A DNA stretch of 64,000 nucleotides from Isurus oxyrinchus (taxonomy: Eukaryota): the NCBI GenBank assembly GCA_026770705.1, contig JANJGN010000026.1, forward strand, positions 36,084,001 to 36,148,000. Reading direction: 5' to 3'. A program made the position numbers and the translations under genes. A model generated the notes under the pieces. The model saw only the letters and a program-made list of their open reading frames with translations, had not been told where the DNA came from and made no database searches. This document shows, piece after piece, positions 1 to 12,135 of the stretch. The first letter of the stretch is position 1; each line of letters begins with the position of its first letter.

Positions 1-679
1 AAAAGGAAGTAGCGAAATATAGTCGGGAATAGAGGTTATCGTTTCAAATGAAAAGTGTGTTTCATTTTAAACCTTATGATGAACGATTAAGATATTAAGA
101 ATGTAAATATATTGTAAATATATTTCATAGAGCAGAGTTTGTCTGATCTCACCTACTGCTTACCTCTCCCGTTCTGCTCAACCCTGTCAGTCAATCCCTA
201 TTTCATTCATGTAATAGGTGGAATTGGTTTAATTGACCGTGTTGCTTTACTCAAAGCTTTCAGAGCACCCTGGTCCTCTATAACCACCTTTCTATTTGCC
301 GTGGATTGCCCTAATGATCAGTGAGAAGCTCTTTTAACGTGAGCTTCCGGCACTGATACCAGCGCAATATGAACACTTTCCATTCACTCCACCCACCTCG
401 CGGACTCAAACAGTTGAAGGGATAACATTGTGTTTAATTCCTGTTCTACTCACTGTTCCATTCACTGTTGCCCGATCTGATATCACGAATTGGAGAGTAA
501 AGGAGCTCTCAGCTGATTGGACGAATAACAGAATAAAGGACCTGATTGGATGCCACCTGCTGATTCTGTCAAGAATGAACCAATAGGCAGAAACGCCGGA
601 TGTTGCGCAATATTAACCACTTTTCACGAAAACAATTTCAAGTACACGCCCTCTACTCTGAAAACATCCTCAGCAGAAG

Positions 680-1065
680 GAGTGGAGATCAAGAATGTGG
701 GAGCCTGCTCCCAGTGCTGACGGTACAGTTGTATGAAATAGAAACCAGCAGTGGTCGCATAACTCAAATTAATGTTCACCGAGTCTCCTTCAAACTGTTG
801 CACTCTCTCCGGCTCCTGCAAAACAGAGTCTGCAGCATGAATACCTGCAGAAATTTAGAAATAGAAAGCTTTAACTTTTTATGAGAATTTTTTATCACCA
901 ATTGTTATTAAGTTAAAAGAATATATGCAAATACAGGGAAAAGGCAGTTAAAGGGAAGATTACTGTCTCAGTGTCACCATCAAGATGAAAATTGGGTAAC
1001 TTGTGAGTCTTACCAGTTAAGAGAGCTTCAGCTGCGAGGACTGATTAAAAAGTAACACCCATCAT
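680..1065 (-). pseudogene. TCR alpha/delta-like V pseudogene 'A' (leader 1065-1014, V exon from 844, 3' truncated)
   Basis: Leader ATGATGGGTGTTACTTTTTAA...TTAACTG|gtaag has an in-frame stop. Acceptor ctgcag| is followed by IHAADSVLQEPERVQQFEGDSVNINLSYATTAGFYFIQLYRQHWEQAPTFLI, which is TRAV/TRDV-like FR1-FR2 with the first Cys and the Trp lost. No FR3 or RSS found. Confidence 0.75.
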
Positions 1066-1129
1066 GTTCACTGAGCTGATGGTAGATTTGAACAAAATGT
1101 GTTTCACCAGAATTGTTTTAGTTGTTGAG

Positions 1130-1307
1130 TATTAGCCGGACCTCGCAGCCGATTTGTTCACCCCTGAAAAAGTTAACAGGTGAATGTGTATAGAATATGT
1201 CAACATTTGTGATTAAATATAACCCATGAAACACACACTGAGGATTTTAGCTCAGATTCACCGGGTAGCATGACCAGTATTATCAGTAAAGTACGCAAGG
1301 AACACGT
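1130..1307 (-). pseudogene. V-gene remnant 'B' (leader 1307-1262 plus first bases of a V exon)
   Basis: 46-nt phase-1 exon ACG(for ATG)-CSLRTLLIILVMLP-G|gtgaat. Acceptor tttttcag| at 1163. Upstream block 1390-1450 resembles 4925-4980 inverted. V body missing. Confidence 0.5.
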
Positions 1308-1489
1308 GGTTCCTGATTCGATAGTAAACAGCACGCTGTTTAAAATATGTGGACGCTCGGAGTCTTATGCCAATGGCACTTTTTTTTACCTTTTGGGGAA
1401 CTGAGGGGCGTTTCTCAGCCCTGCGATTGGCTGCTCTCTCAGATATGAAGTCAGCTCTAAACCATTCACTTGGATAAAAACAAACAAAA

Positions 1490-1605
1490 CTGGTTACATT
1501 TCCAGTTCTGTCGAAGGATCATGAGGACTCGAAACGTCAACTCTTTTCTTCTCCGCCGATGCTGCCAGACCTGCTGAGTTTTTCCAGGTAATTCTGTTTT
1601 TGTTC
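1490..1605 (+). mobile_element. Penelope-like element terminal fragment
   Basis: Near-identical to the ends of the GIY-YIG-encoding element at 25326-26710 (gaggactcgaaacgtcaactcttttcttctccgcc...acctgctgagtttttccaggtaattctg). Confidence 0.75.
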
Positions 1606-2226
1606 TAAACCATTCACTGTTGGTTCAGCGTAATATACAGTTGACACTGACCAATCACCTTCCACCGCTGGCTCTTTCTGCCTGTCTTTCTTGTTCCCTT
1701 GCTCTGTCTCACATAATCAATCATTCTGTCTCTTTCTCGCTTTAACTCGCTTTCTTTATAATTCAATGTCTCTATCTTTAGATAGATAGATCTTTCGCTC
1801 TCATTAAGTCATTGGGGATCATCTTGTACTGGTAAAGTGCCGAGTTTAGCCATTCACTATTTTTACCCCAGACACTCTGAAATGTGCTGAGCCTTAGGCC
1901 GCCTTTGAAACTAGGTCACTTTTGAAACTAGTCCCTGACAGATAGGCAGCAGGCCCAGAACCATTACAAATACAGATTGGTTCTGGTATTCACCCGGGGG
2001 CTCTACAGGTTTTCATTAAGCGGACAATGAGAAGTTTGAATTTGATCCTGGAGTTAACATGATCGTTGAATGTCACATTTCGCAACAATGACAAACATTG
2101 ACCTTAACGAGAGGAATCAACTCGAATTAGACTGCATTGTTGCAATTCATTCTCTGCACTGGTTCTCTGGGGTTGAACTCTTTGCGTTTTCTTAATATTT
2201 GAACCCTTGATTGTCGACCTGCACCC

Positions 2227-2705
2227 AGTTTCTGGATGAGACCCATGAGACACTCAGTCCCTGTGGGCCCCAGCGCGCAATAATGCACGGAGCTGTCTGT
2301 CATCTTCAGCTCTTTCATGAACAAGTGAAAAGTGCTTCCTGGCGGGTTGAGGTTCCCGTTGGAGTGTTTAAATCCAGAGCCGTATCGTTATACCCGTAAA
2401 TATCGGCTCTGATCAGATACTGAGGAGTTTGCTGTGGAACCTGGCGATATCAGAACAGGTTATGCTGTGTAGCTCAACTCGATACAGAGTAACTTGCAGG
2501 TTATTGCTGAACCTTCGCCCTCTCCTGCTTCGCAACATTGTTCTGGCTGGGAACCTGAGTCTCCAGTTCTCGTCTCTGAAAATAAACAGCGGCTACACAG
2601 CGGATTAGAAGGAGCATTAGAAAGAGAATTATCATCCGGAGATGGGAAATTGCACAAGGATCGCGTACTGGCCTGTGATCAGGAATATAACCATAGTCAG
2701 AGCAA
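2227..2705 (-). pseudogene. TCR alpha/delta-like V pseudogene 'C' with 23-RSS
   Basis: Acceptor tttattttcag| at 2575. Translation TRTGDSGSQPE...EGEGSAITCK / LF*YRQVPQQTPQYLIRAD / GSTFHLFMKELKMTDSSVHYCALGP, with frameshifts and Trp-to-stop. RSS CACAGGG (2265-2259), 23-nt spacer, CCAGAAACT (2235-2227). Leader remnant ends at 2673. Confidence 0.85.
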
Positions 2706-3704
2706 CTGGGAATAAGGAATAAAAGCTGGCCCAGCCAGCGAAGCCCACACCTCGTACATGAATAAAAAAAGACCACCCCCATGGTTCCAGTCTGATCTCC
2801 AGAAACAGCAGCAGCGATCACCGTCTGTACCAGACCTGGAATGGGAGAAATTGAAAGAGCCAGTGGCATGATATGCGATCGGCTGGGATTTCTTCACTCT
2901 GCCAATTTTCATATCTTCAAGCAGCTACTTCCTGTTGAAAGGAACCGTGATCTTTAGCAGCTGACCAGAGTGCGCCCTCCCGTAGACAGCACAACAGCTT
3001 TGAAAAAAAAAATAGGACCACGTGCACAGTCACATAAACATCGAGAAATATAAACACACAGGAATATACACACAGGGACATACATGAACATCCAGACGTA
3101 TGAACACACGGACATATTTACACAGGTATACACGCACGGATACACATGAACATCTAGGCATATGTCCAAGCGCAGTCATAACATTAAAAGTGAGCCAACA
3201 TAAAGCCAGTTATGTTTTTGAGGTTTTTGATGGAAATTCGGCTGAGCTGGTTACGACGAAAATCAGAATTCTTGATCAGAGCGCGTCTCCCGTGTTCACT
3301 GCAAACCTCGTACAGCACACAGAATCAAACGTGCCGATTCAGAGAAATAGGCGGACAGACAGGTAAACACAGTTACTGACACAAAACAGATCCACTCCAA
3401 TGTAGACGCAGATGTGGATTAACACAAAGATAGAAACAGGCAGATAAACACAGTCATAGACACACAAACAGATCTAATTCACCATGGGCCCACATATTGA
3501 AAATCACCAACATAGGCAGACAAATAAACAGGGTGATTGACACAAAACAAATAATGCAGACTTGGAAACAGAGACAGTGAAATACAAATATAAAAACACA
3601 TCCATCTTGTGCTTTTACCTACTGTGGTTATCTGTTTGTGCATGCATTTCTGTAACTGAGGTTTTATGGGAATGTGACTATGCGGCTCCGCGAGGGTGTG
3701 TTGT

Positions 3705-3718
3705 CCAGCTGAGGGCGC
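3705..3718 (+). promoter_or_regulatory. CTCF-like motif upstream of V gene C'
   Basis: CCAGCTGAGGGCGC is one mismatch from CCASYAGRKGGCRS. A weaker homolog lies inverted at ~2971-2984 upstream of V gene C. Confidence 0.4.
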
Positions 3719-3889
3719 TCTCTGATCACGTGATCGCGACCATGTTCCCGTGCGACATGAAGTAGTTGTTCAGGGAGATACAAATGGGGAAGAAATTCCC
3801 GCTGACCTGCTGTGATCTCGGCGCTGTTTCATTTTTTTACCCCAATGATCAAAATATCTGATTCTGAAGTTCAGACTTGAGCCAAGGAG

Positions 3890-4140
3890 ATGAAACTCTG
3901 CCTGGCTTTGGTTATCGTCTCGATCACTAGTCGGTGATATTGGGCACTTCCTATAATTTTCTCCCATCTTTGTATAATTTCCCAATTCCATCTCTGGGAG
4001 ATTCGTCTCTTTCTGTCACTTCACCTAACCTGCTGTGTGTCCGTTGTTTATTTTCAGAGATGAGTGATGGAGATTCATTGCCTGAGAAAGAACAAGAAAT
4101 CGGATCAGAAGATTCCCCGGGAATTTACACAGAAAAATGA
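3890..4140 (+). pseudogene. Truncated TCR-like V gene C' (leader 3890-3929, V exon from 4058)
   Basis: Leader MKLCLALVIVSIT-A|gtcggt. Intron end and acceptor (ccgttgtttattttcag|AGATGAGTGATGGAGATTCA) are homologous to those of gene C on the - strand. Similarity is lost after about 10 codons. Confidence 0.65.
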
Positions 4141-5088
4141 ATGAAGAAATACATCCTGATCTGATTGTGATCCGCCAGCTTGAAATCACTGCTCTCAGAT
4201 TTAGAGAAATTGAAATTTCTCAATCATTTTAAGTTATGGCCAAATTTAGAAATTTCCACTTCCATGCACAGAATTATGGACTTCTGAATGAATACCCGAG
4301 CCAACTGTTGTCGTAAGTGTTCTGGGTGTTCTGTAGACTCTTCAGGTCATATTTTTAATTGCTATTTCACCAGTGCAGCTATGTTCACTTCATCATGTCT
4401 CTGGGCTCTTTTGGCTGTGACTTGTAATGGAGATTATTGACTTTGACAGTGATGACAGGGAATGAATTGCGTTTCATTATTTTCCACTGAAATTGTTAGG
4501 GAGAGGGGTGAGCGTTAGAAGGGGCGGATATAGAGAGAGGGAAGGAGAAATAGGCAGCGTGAGACCGGAATAAAAGGGAGATCACTGGAATGCATAGGTG
4601 TAGAGAGAGATGGAAAGAGAAAGACAATGAGTTAAGCAAAGTGTATGAGATCAGGACAGAGAGATAAAGAGAGAGGGGCAGAGGCGGGAAAGGAGTAGGA
4701 ACAAGATGAAAGGTGCAGACGAAAAGGCAAAGAGAGGAAAACGCCGGATTAAGCAGATAGATTGACGCAGGAGCACCAAGGGAAAGAGAGGAAGAGAGAG
4801 AGAGGCTGAGAGACAGACAGACAGACTGACAGACAGAATCGCTCACACAGCCAGACAAGGAAAATGTTGGACAGGAGACTTCAGTCATTGGCTCACAGCC
4901 AGCGCCGCTTGGCATACATCTGCTGTCAGTTCTGATGGGCCAGACAATCGTGTCAAAGAGAAACGCCCAGAATTCCCACTACAAGCGAAATCTCCCCCTT
5001 CGCTGAATTTGCTCCTTAATATCGGACCAGAAATGTCAACATAGATAAAACATTCTGTTCATTTCTATCATAGCTTAAACAAGACACC

Positions 5089-5502
5089 ATGCGTTCACCA
5101 TGTTCCTCACTGGTAGCAATGTGGTACCTGGTGAGTCTATGTTTAGGTGATCAGTTTTTGAAATATTCTTTATTTTGCCGCAACGAGTGACTAAGATTCA
5201 GAATCTCAGGGTTCACCTTCATGCTTAACATTGCATGAAGAAAAGATCCTGATACGAAGCTGCAGTTACTCCACGTCCCATGGCATTCACTATCTCCACT
5301 GGGATGTCCTGGAGCTCCGAGATATTTACTGGGGAAATACAGGCTGGCGCAAGAGGCTAAGCCTCCAGATCTCCCAGAGCGGTTTTCTGCTGATTTGGAA
5401 AAATACAAGAAAACTATTCCCTTGACTGTCTCTGTCTCTGCCGTGTGTCACATGGACTGAATGCCACACTGTTACAGAGGCACAGTTAGGCCATAAAAAA
5501 CC
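5089..5502 (+). pseudogene. TCR alpha/delta-like V pseudogene B' with RSS
   Basis: Leader MRSPCSSLVAMWYL|gtgagt (5089-5130). Translation DSESQGSPSCLTLHEEKILIRSCSYSTSHGIHYLHW / PGAPRYLLGKY...PDLPERFSADLEKYKKTIPLTVS..SAV, with frameshift and deletions. RSS CACACTG (5465-5471), ~22-nt spacer, TAAAAAACC. Confidence 0.8.
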
Positions 5503-6037
5503 AACTTCTCTCACAGATCACTGTTAGCATCTGGATTGTTAACTGTTAATAGTGCTAAAGATTAATTTAGGATAGTGGCATATTTATGTGTTGCAGATCC
5601 TATATAATTCTATGTACTATTCCTCTCAATATCAGCTGTGGTTGATTCCCATGGTCAGTGGGCAGGTCTTTGAATGTGGCTCGCTGGCATTGGTACAAGA
5701 ACAGCATTAGTTCTTTCCCCTCACTGTCACCACCTCACACAATGACCCTATTAAAGAGCCAAAATTGGGTTCAGTCCTCGTCTCGGATCGTGTCATCTAC
5801 ACTGATTCGCTGCATCCTCTCTGACGTTATGAATTGGAGAACAAAGGATCTGTGAGTTGATTGGATGAATTGGAGAACAAAATACGGTGGAGCTTATTGG
5901 ACATCACTTGTTGCCTCGCTCAGGAATGAACCAATCGCTGGAGAGACCAGATCTGCATGAGCCCGTTCCCAACTCGAGACTGAAACAATTACAGATTCAG
6001 TCCGTTCTGTTTAAACCCACCATCAGCTCGTTGCAAA

Positions 6038-6362
6038 TATATTGGTTTTACTTTTTATCCATTTCTCACAGCTGTAGCTCTCTTACCCAGTAAGTCCACA
6101 AGTTGCACAACCTTCCTCTTGCATAGATCTTAAAGTTAATTTCACTGTTCTCTCTTTCAAGTTGCAGCATGTTCCGTCACCTGATTTTATTAGATAGAAT
6201 AAAATGATAATGCAATCTTAACGTTCTGCATCTCTAAATTCCCGCAGGTGTTGGTGGTACAAATTCAATCTCACAGGAGCCGGTTACAGCGCTGCAGTTG
6301 AAGGAGATTCGGTGATCATTACTTACAGCTATTTGACCACTGATGCCTCATATTCTATGCAG
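6038..6362 (+). pseudogene. TCR alpha/delta-like V pseudogene A', cut off by a LINE
   Basis: Leader ...GGTTTTACTTTTTATCCATTTCTCACAGCTGTAGCTCTCTTACCCA|gtaagt (ends 6089) is homologous to the gene A leader. Acceptor at 6248, then VGGTNSISQEPVTALQ/EGDSVIITYSYLTTDASYSMQ, then LINE sequence. Confidence 0.75.
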
Positions 6363-6364
6363 CC

Positions 6365-8810
6365 ATGCCCCCGGGTCCGGACTCCGGACCCCATGAAGTC
6401 TCAAGGCATCTGTCCAATCATGGGGAAGGAAACCTCCTGCTGATTACGACGTACGGCCCTCCCTCAGCTGATGAATCAGTGCTGCTCCATGTTGAACACC
6501 ACTTGGAGGAAGCAATGAGAATGGCAAAGGCGCTGAATGTACTCTGGGTGGGGACTTCAATGTCCCATCACCAAGAGTGGCTCGGCAACCCCACTACTGA
6601 CCGAGCTGGTCGATTCCTAGAGGACATAGCTGCTAGACTGGGTCTGCGGCAGGTGGTGAGGGAAACAACAAGGGGGGGGGGGGAAAGATACTTGACCCCA
6701 TCCTCAACAACCTGCGTGCCGCAGATGCATCTGTCCATGACAGTATTTGTAGGAGTGACCACCACACGGTCTTTGTGGAGACGAAGACCCATCTTCACAC
6801 TGAAGATAGCGTCCATTGTGTTTTGTGGCACTCCCGCCTTGCTAAATGGGATAGATTGCAAACAGATCTAGCAACTCAAGGCTGGGCAACCATGAGGCAC
6901 TGGGGACAATCAGCAGCAGCAGAATTGTACTCGAACACAATCTGTAACATCGTGGCCCGGCATATCCCCTACTCTACTATTAACAAGAAGCCAAGGGAAC
7001 AACCCCGGTTGAATGAAGAGTGCAGGAGGGCATGTCAGAAGCAGCAACAGGAATACCTAAAAATGAGGTGTTAACCTGGTGAAGCTATAACACAGGACTA
7101 CTGGCGTGCAAAATAGCATAAACAGCAAGTGATAGACGGAGCCTAGCATTCCCACAACCAACGGGTCTGGTCGAAGCTCTGCAGCCCTGCCACATCCAGT
7201 AGTGAATGGTGGTGGAAAATTAAACAACTCACTGGAGGGGGTTGGTCCAGAAATATCCCAATCCCCAATGATGAGGGAGCCCAGTATAGCAGTGCAAAAG
7301 ATAAGACTGAAGCATTCGCAATAATCTTCAGCCAGAAGTGCTGAGTGGATGATCCATCTCGGCCTCCTCCGGAGGTCCCCAGCTTCAATGATGCCAGTTT
7401 TCACCCAATTCGATTCAGTCCACGTGATATCAAGAAATGGCTGAAGGCACTGGTTGCTGCAAAGGCAATGGGTCCTGACAATATTCTAGCAATAGCACTG
7501 AAGACTTGGGCTCCAGAACTTGCTGCGCCCCTAGCCAGGTTGTTCCAGTACAGTTACAACACTAGCATTTACCTGGATATGTGGAAAATTGCCCAAGTAC
7601 GTCCTGTACACAAAAAGCAGGGCAAGCCCAACCCGGCCAATTTCTGCTCCATCAGTCTACTCTCGAACATCAGTGAAGTGATAGAAGGAGCCATCAACAG
7701 TGCTATCAAGCGGTATTTACTTGGCAATAACCTGCTCACTGCGCTCATTTTGGATTCCATCAAGGTCACTCAGTCCGTGACAGCATTACAGCCTTGGTTC
7801 AAACTTGGACAAAGAGATGGACTCGAGATGTTAGGTGAAAGTGACTGCCTTTGACATCCAGGCCGAATTTGGCAGTATGGCATCAAGAAGCCCTAGCAAA
7901 ACTGGAATAATGGGAATCAGTGGGAAAACTCTCCGCTGTTTGGAGTCATACCTAGCACAAAGGAAGATGGTTATGGTTGTTGGAAGTCAGTCATCTCAGC
8001 CCCAGGACATCAGTTCCTCAGGGTAGTGTCCTGGCCCGACCATCTTCAGCTGCTTCATCAATGACCTTCCTTCCATCTTAACGTCAGATGTAGGGATGCT
8101 TTCTGATCTTTGCTCAAGGTTCAGCACCATCCACGACTCATCAGATACTGAATCAGTCCGTTTCCAAATGCAGCAAGGGCTGAACAATATCCAGGCTCGG
8201 GCTGAGAAGTGGCAAGTCACATTCACGCCACACAAGTGCCAGACAATGACCAACTCCAACAGAATAGAATCTAACTATCGTCCCTTGACATTCATTGGCG
8301 TTACTAACGCTGAATCCCCCACTATCAAGTACCTGGGGGTTACCATTGACCAGAAACTGAGCTGGGCTAACCATATAAATATTGCAGCTACAAGAGCAGG
8401 TCAGAGGCGAGGAATCCTGCGACGAGTAACTCACCTCCCGACTCCTCAAGGCCTGTCCACCATCTACAAGGCACACGTCAGGAGTGTGCTGGCGTACACT
8501 CCACTTACCTGGGTGAGTGCAGCTCCAACAACACTCAAAAAGCTTGACACTACCCAAGGCAATGCAGCCGGTTTGATTGACAATTCGCCCACAAACATTC
8601 ACTCCCTCGACTACGGATGCACATTTGCAGCAGTGTGTACCATCTTCAAGATGCAGTGGAGGAATTCATCAAGCCTCCATAGGCAACATCTTCGAAACCC
8701 ATGACCAATACCATCTAGAAGGGCAAGGTCAGCCGATAGATGGGGACACCACCACCTGGAAGTTCCCCTCCGAGCCACAAACCATTCTGACCGGGAAATA
8801 TATTGCCGTT
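6365..8810 (+). mobile_element. Decayed non-LTR retrotransposon (APE endonuclease + RT, CR1/L2-group-like)
   Basis: Broken ORFs with KAMGPDNI, WKIAQVRPVHKK, NPANF.SISLLS, PQGSVLAPTIF, KYLGVTIDQKLSW. Many stops and frameshifts. Confidence 0.85.
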
Positions 8811-9009
8811 CTTTCTCTGTTCTTTCCCTGTTATCTCTTCAAAAGACTCCAACAAGTTACTTAAACATTATTTCCCCTGAACAAATCCATGCTGGCTTTC
8901 CTTAATTAACTGCATTTGTCCATGTAACTATAATTTTGTCCTGCATTATTGTTTCTGGAATTTTCCCCACTAGCGAACTAAACTAACTGGTCTGTAGTTG
9001 CTGGAAGAG

Positions 9010-9520
9010 TACCAAAGAGTTTTGCATTCTAGACCAAGCACAACACCTCATGAGGAATTGAAAGGCATTAGAGAGGGTTCAGAAACGTCTCCTGGACATT
9101 GTTGCAGGGAGGAGCAACTTTATTTACGTGAATAGATTGTAGAATTTGGCACGAACCTCCTTGAAGAAGGGAAGATTGAAAGGAAATTTGATACAGGTCT
9201 TCAAAATCGGGGGGGGGGGGGGGGGGAGGTGGGGGGGGTTGGGGGGAGGGGGGGGCGGGGTCCTTCACAGACTAGGCAGGGGCACATTGTTCCATTTGGC
9301 GCAAGAATGGAGAACCAGAAGACACCGGTTTAAGGTAATTGGGAGAGGAAACAATCCGGCGAGGGGAAAACCCTTTTCACACTGTGGGTGATTTGGATCT
9401 GGAATTAACTGCATGAAAATATGATGGAGGCAGGATCAATTAATGCTTTCAAAAAAGAAATAGATTATTATCTGAAAAGACAAAATATTGCTGCGCTACG
9501 AGGAAAAGAGCGACACTAGG
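9010..9520 (+). mobile_element. CR1-type LINE 3' fragment
   Basis: ALERVQK...RLKGNLIQVFKI...RTRRHRFKV, typical of the CR1 ORF2 C-terminus. Contains a poly-G run. Confidence 0.7.
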
Positions 9521-9620
9521 TGATTAGCACAGCACATACAGGAATTATGTAGTTCTGTGGTTAATATCTAAAACAGTAACTGAATTCGGCATTGACAGCA
9601 TCTGCAATAGCAGAGTGTGT

Positions 9621-9634
9621 CCAGTAGGTGGCAG
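9621..9634 (+). promoter_or_regulatory. CTCF core motif
   Basis: CCAGTAGGTGGCAG matches CCASYAGRKGGCRS exactly. Lies at the edge of the TCR-V block. Confidence 0.5.
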
Positions 9635-9689
9635 TGAAACCGTGATTGCTGACATTACCTGAAGTGTGCATTGTCTCAATCAGTTTTGC

Positions 9690-10365
9690 ACTGTACCTTG
9701 TCTCTGTTCATGCTGAACAAGGTCCGGTGTCTATTTATATTACACCAATTCATGTCCCTGATCATTAGACAGCAGGCTGCGTCTCAGTTGTTTCTGTAAA
9801 AGGCTCCATCTCAATTGTTAATATACTGGACCAAGGCCATATTACACAAGGCATTCTGTCAGTTATGACTGTATTGAACCATGTCTTGGCTAATATGGCA
9901 ATATTCCATGTTTCAATTGTTGCTGCATTAGCATTTCTCTCTACTTATACTAAACCAGAACATGTTCCTGTTTGCATTTCAGGAGGCCCTGTCTGAGTTA
10001 TTAATACGGGAATCCCTGCCAAATTTATAATAAACTAGAGGATGTCTCAGCTAATGCTGCATCAATCTATGTCTCTGTTTATATCACACGATACCCTGTG
10101 TCAGTTATTGTTGTGCTATAACATGTCTCTCTCACTGCTGTACATGTCCACATCTCTGTTTATATTAACCCAGGACCTTTGTTGGTAATTACTGCACTAG
10201 GCTCTTTCTCAGTTTATATCACACAATTTCCTAAATCAGTTAAAGCTACACTGGGCCCCGTATCTGTTAAAATAACACTGGCCCCTGTTTCTGTTATGAC
10301 TGCACTGGCCCATATCTCTGCTTATATTACACTACACCCAGTCTCTGTTATTACTGTATCAGTCT
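9690..10365 (-). repeat. Degenerate 27/54-bp satellite, reverse orientation
   Basis: Recurrent ccctgtntctgtttatatta / cagttattactgcactag units. Confidence 0.65.
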
Positions 10366-11329
10366 ATGCCCCTGTTAAATGGACAGATAATATTATAAGT
10401 AAAGATGTTGTGCTCGTAATTGGCCTGTGGCTTTGGCCTAAAATGGGCGGTATCGGAGTGACCGTCTGTTCTGCGCAGCGCCTGATATTCAGTTTCAGTG
10501 CGTCAATGGAATTACATTTCAGATATCGCCTGTTCTGTGTGTTTGTATAGAAACAAATCATTTTCACGCTTCCACTGTCATTCCACAAATATATAAGATT
10601 TATCTTCACCAGAATGTTTCAGCGTTTTACTTTCTCTTCTTCAAACTGTAACTGCATATCTTTTAATACCGAAAGTTTTTATTGATCATTTTCTGTTATG
10701 CATTCTTGTTTAGAAATTCGTGTCATATTGGTCATTCCGTTGCTGAGGCGGGCATGTTTGTCAGAAAACTTGCTAAATCTCCCTCTTCTTTCTGTCTGAG
10801 AAAGCGGATAATTCACTGAACCACTTTGTTCTCTCTCTCTCTCAATGCTCTCTTCCTCTTCCTCTTTCTCTCTCCCTCTCTGTGAGACATTCCCCTTTTT
10901 ATTTTAAATCTCTTATTTTCTAATAAATCTATTTAGAAAAACCATTTTTTAAACAATTCTCCTTCATTTCTCTCAATGATAATCTTCAGCCCATCCCGCC
11001 TTCAGTGAATGTGTTAAAACACAAACAGTTCATGTATTTTAATTGTAGATAGTTTAATACTGTAATAATTTGTTGGTAACCATTCTGTTGTGTGCTCTTT
11101 TTGAAAAAGTGGTGTTGATATGAGAACAATATGTTTATAACTCTCCGGCTTATTATTCCTATTGATGGAAAGGATTGAAGCACCTGCTGCTCTCCAGAGA
11201 ACTTTCACTATCTCTGTATCTAGAGTTTATAACTGTTATCTTCAACAAATTCCAACCCAACCACGTTAATATTTTTTGGACTGATTTGCCAGCCCCTAGC
11301 CTGCATATTCTATGTAATCTTATCGAAAA

Positions 11330-12135
11330 TGAGACAGAGCCTGCTGGAGCAATAACAGGGACCGGACCTGTTATAATAAAACCGAAATATGGACTAGTGT
11401 TGTAATGATAGAGACAAGCTCTGCTGTAATACAACTAGAGACATCAGTTAGCGTAACAATAGGAGAGATATTACTGGTGAAATATGAACAGATATGGACT
11501 AATTCAGTAATAACAGAGATGGGATCTCGTGTAATATAAAGCTAAATGTGGACTACTACAATAACAACAGTAACAGAAACCGGTGTGTTAGAAAAAGAGA
11601 TATGGGCGCGTTCAATAATTAGAGACACAGGAACTAGCCTAATACAGACAGAGACATGGGAAAATGCAGGATGACACGAACGGGTCCTGGGAGTAAGATA
11701 AGCAGAGATATGGGCTAGTCCAGGAATAAGTGAGACGGGATCTGGTAGAATATTTGAATAAGCAAGTCTTTGTATAATCATAATAGAAAAAATACTTTGT
11801 GCAATATTAAATGAATGACGTCATAGTGGAACACTAACTGGGACAGGGATAACTTATCAATACTAGAAACAGGGTCGATTGAAAACTGACAGGAACAAGG
11901 TTTTCAGTAATAATAATACAGGTTTGCACTAGAAATTGAATAACGGGAAGGCTCCTAGTGTCACCATTACAGATGCAGCGACTTAGACAATGAGAATCGA
12001 CACATGGAATAGATTAATAACAGCAGAGTTAAGTAAAACAAATATAGTGTTCGATGCAAGAATAACAGATCCAGTCTGCAGTGTATTACTGAAGGCGTCA
12101 CTGGGTCCACTGTGATGACACAGTCAGTATCTAGT
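11330..12135 (+). repeat. Degenerate 27/54-bp satellite, forward orientation
   Basis: Recurrent acagagacagggnctagtgtaata-like units. Confidence 0.55.

Noticed and set aside
170-480. Another V remnant on the - strand (LRWYQC)
   Set aside because: Only a WYQ tripeptide. No other framework residues or RSS.
10975-11090. V-like DNLQPIPPSVNV...FNCR on the + strand
   Set aside because: AT-rich, multiple stops, no splice or RSS support.
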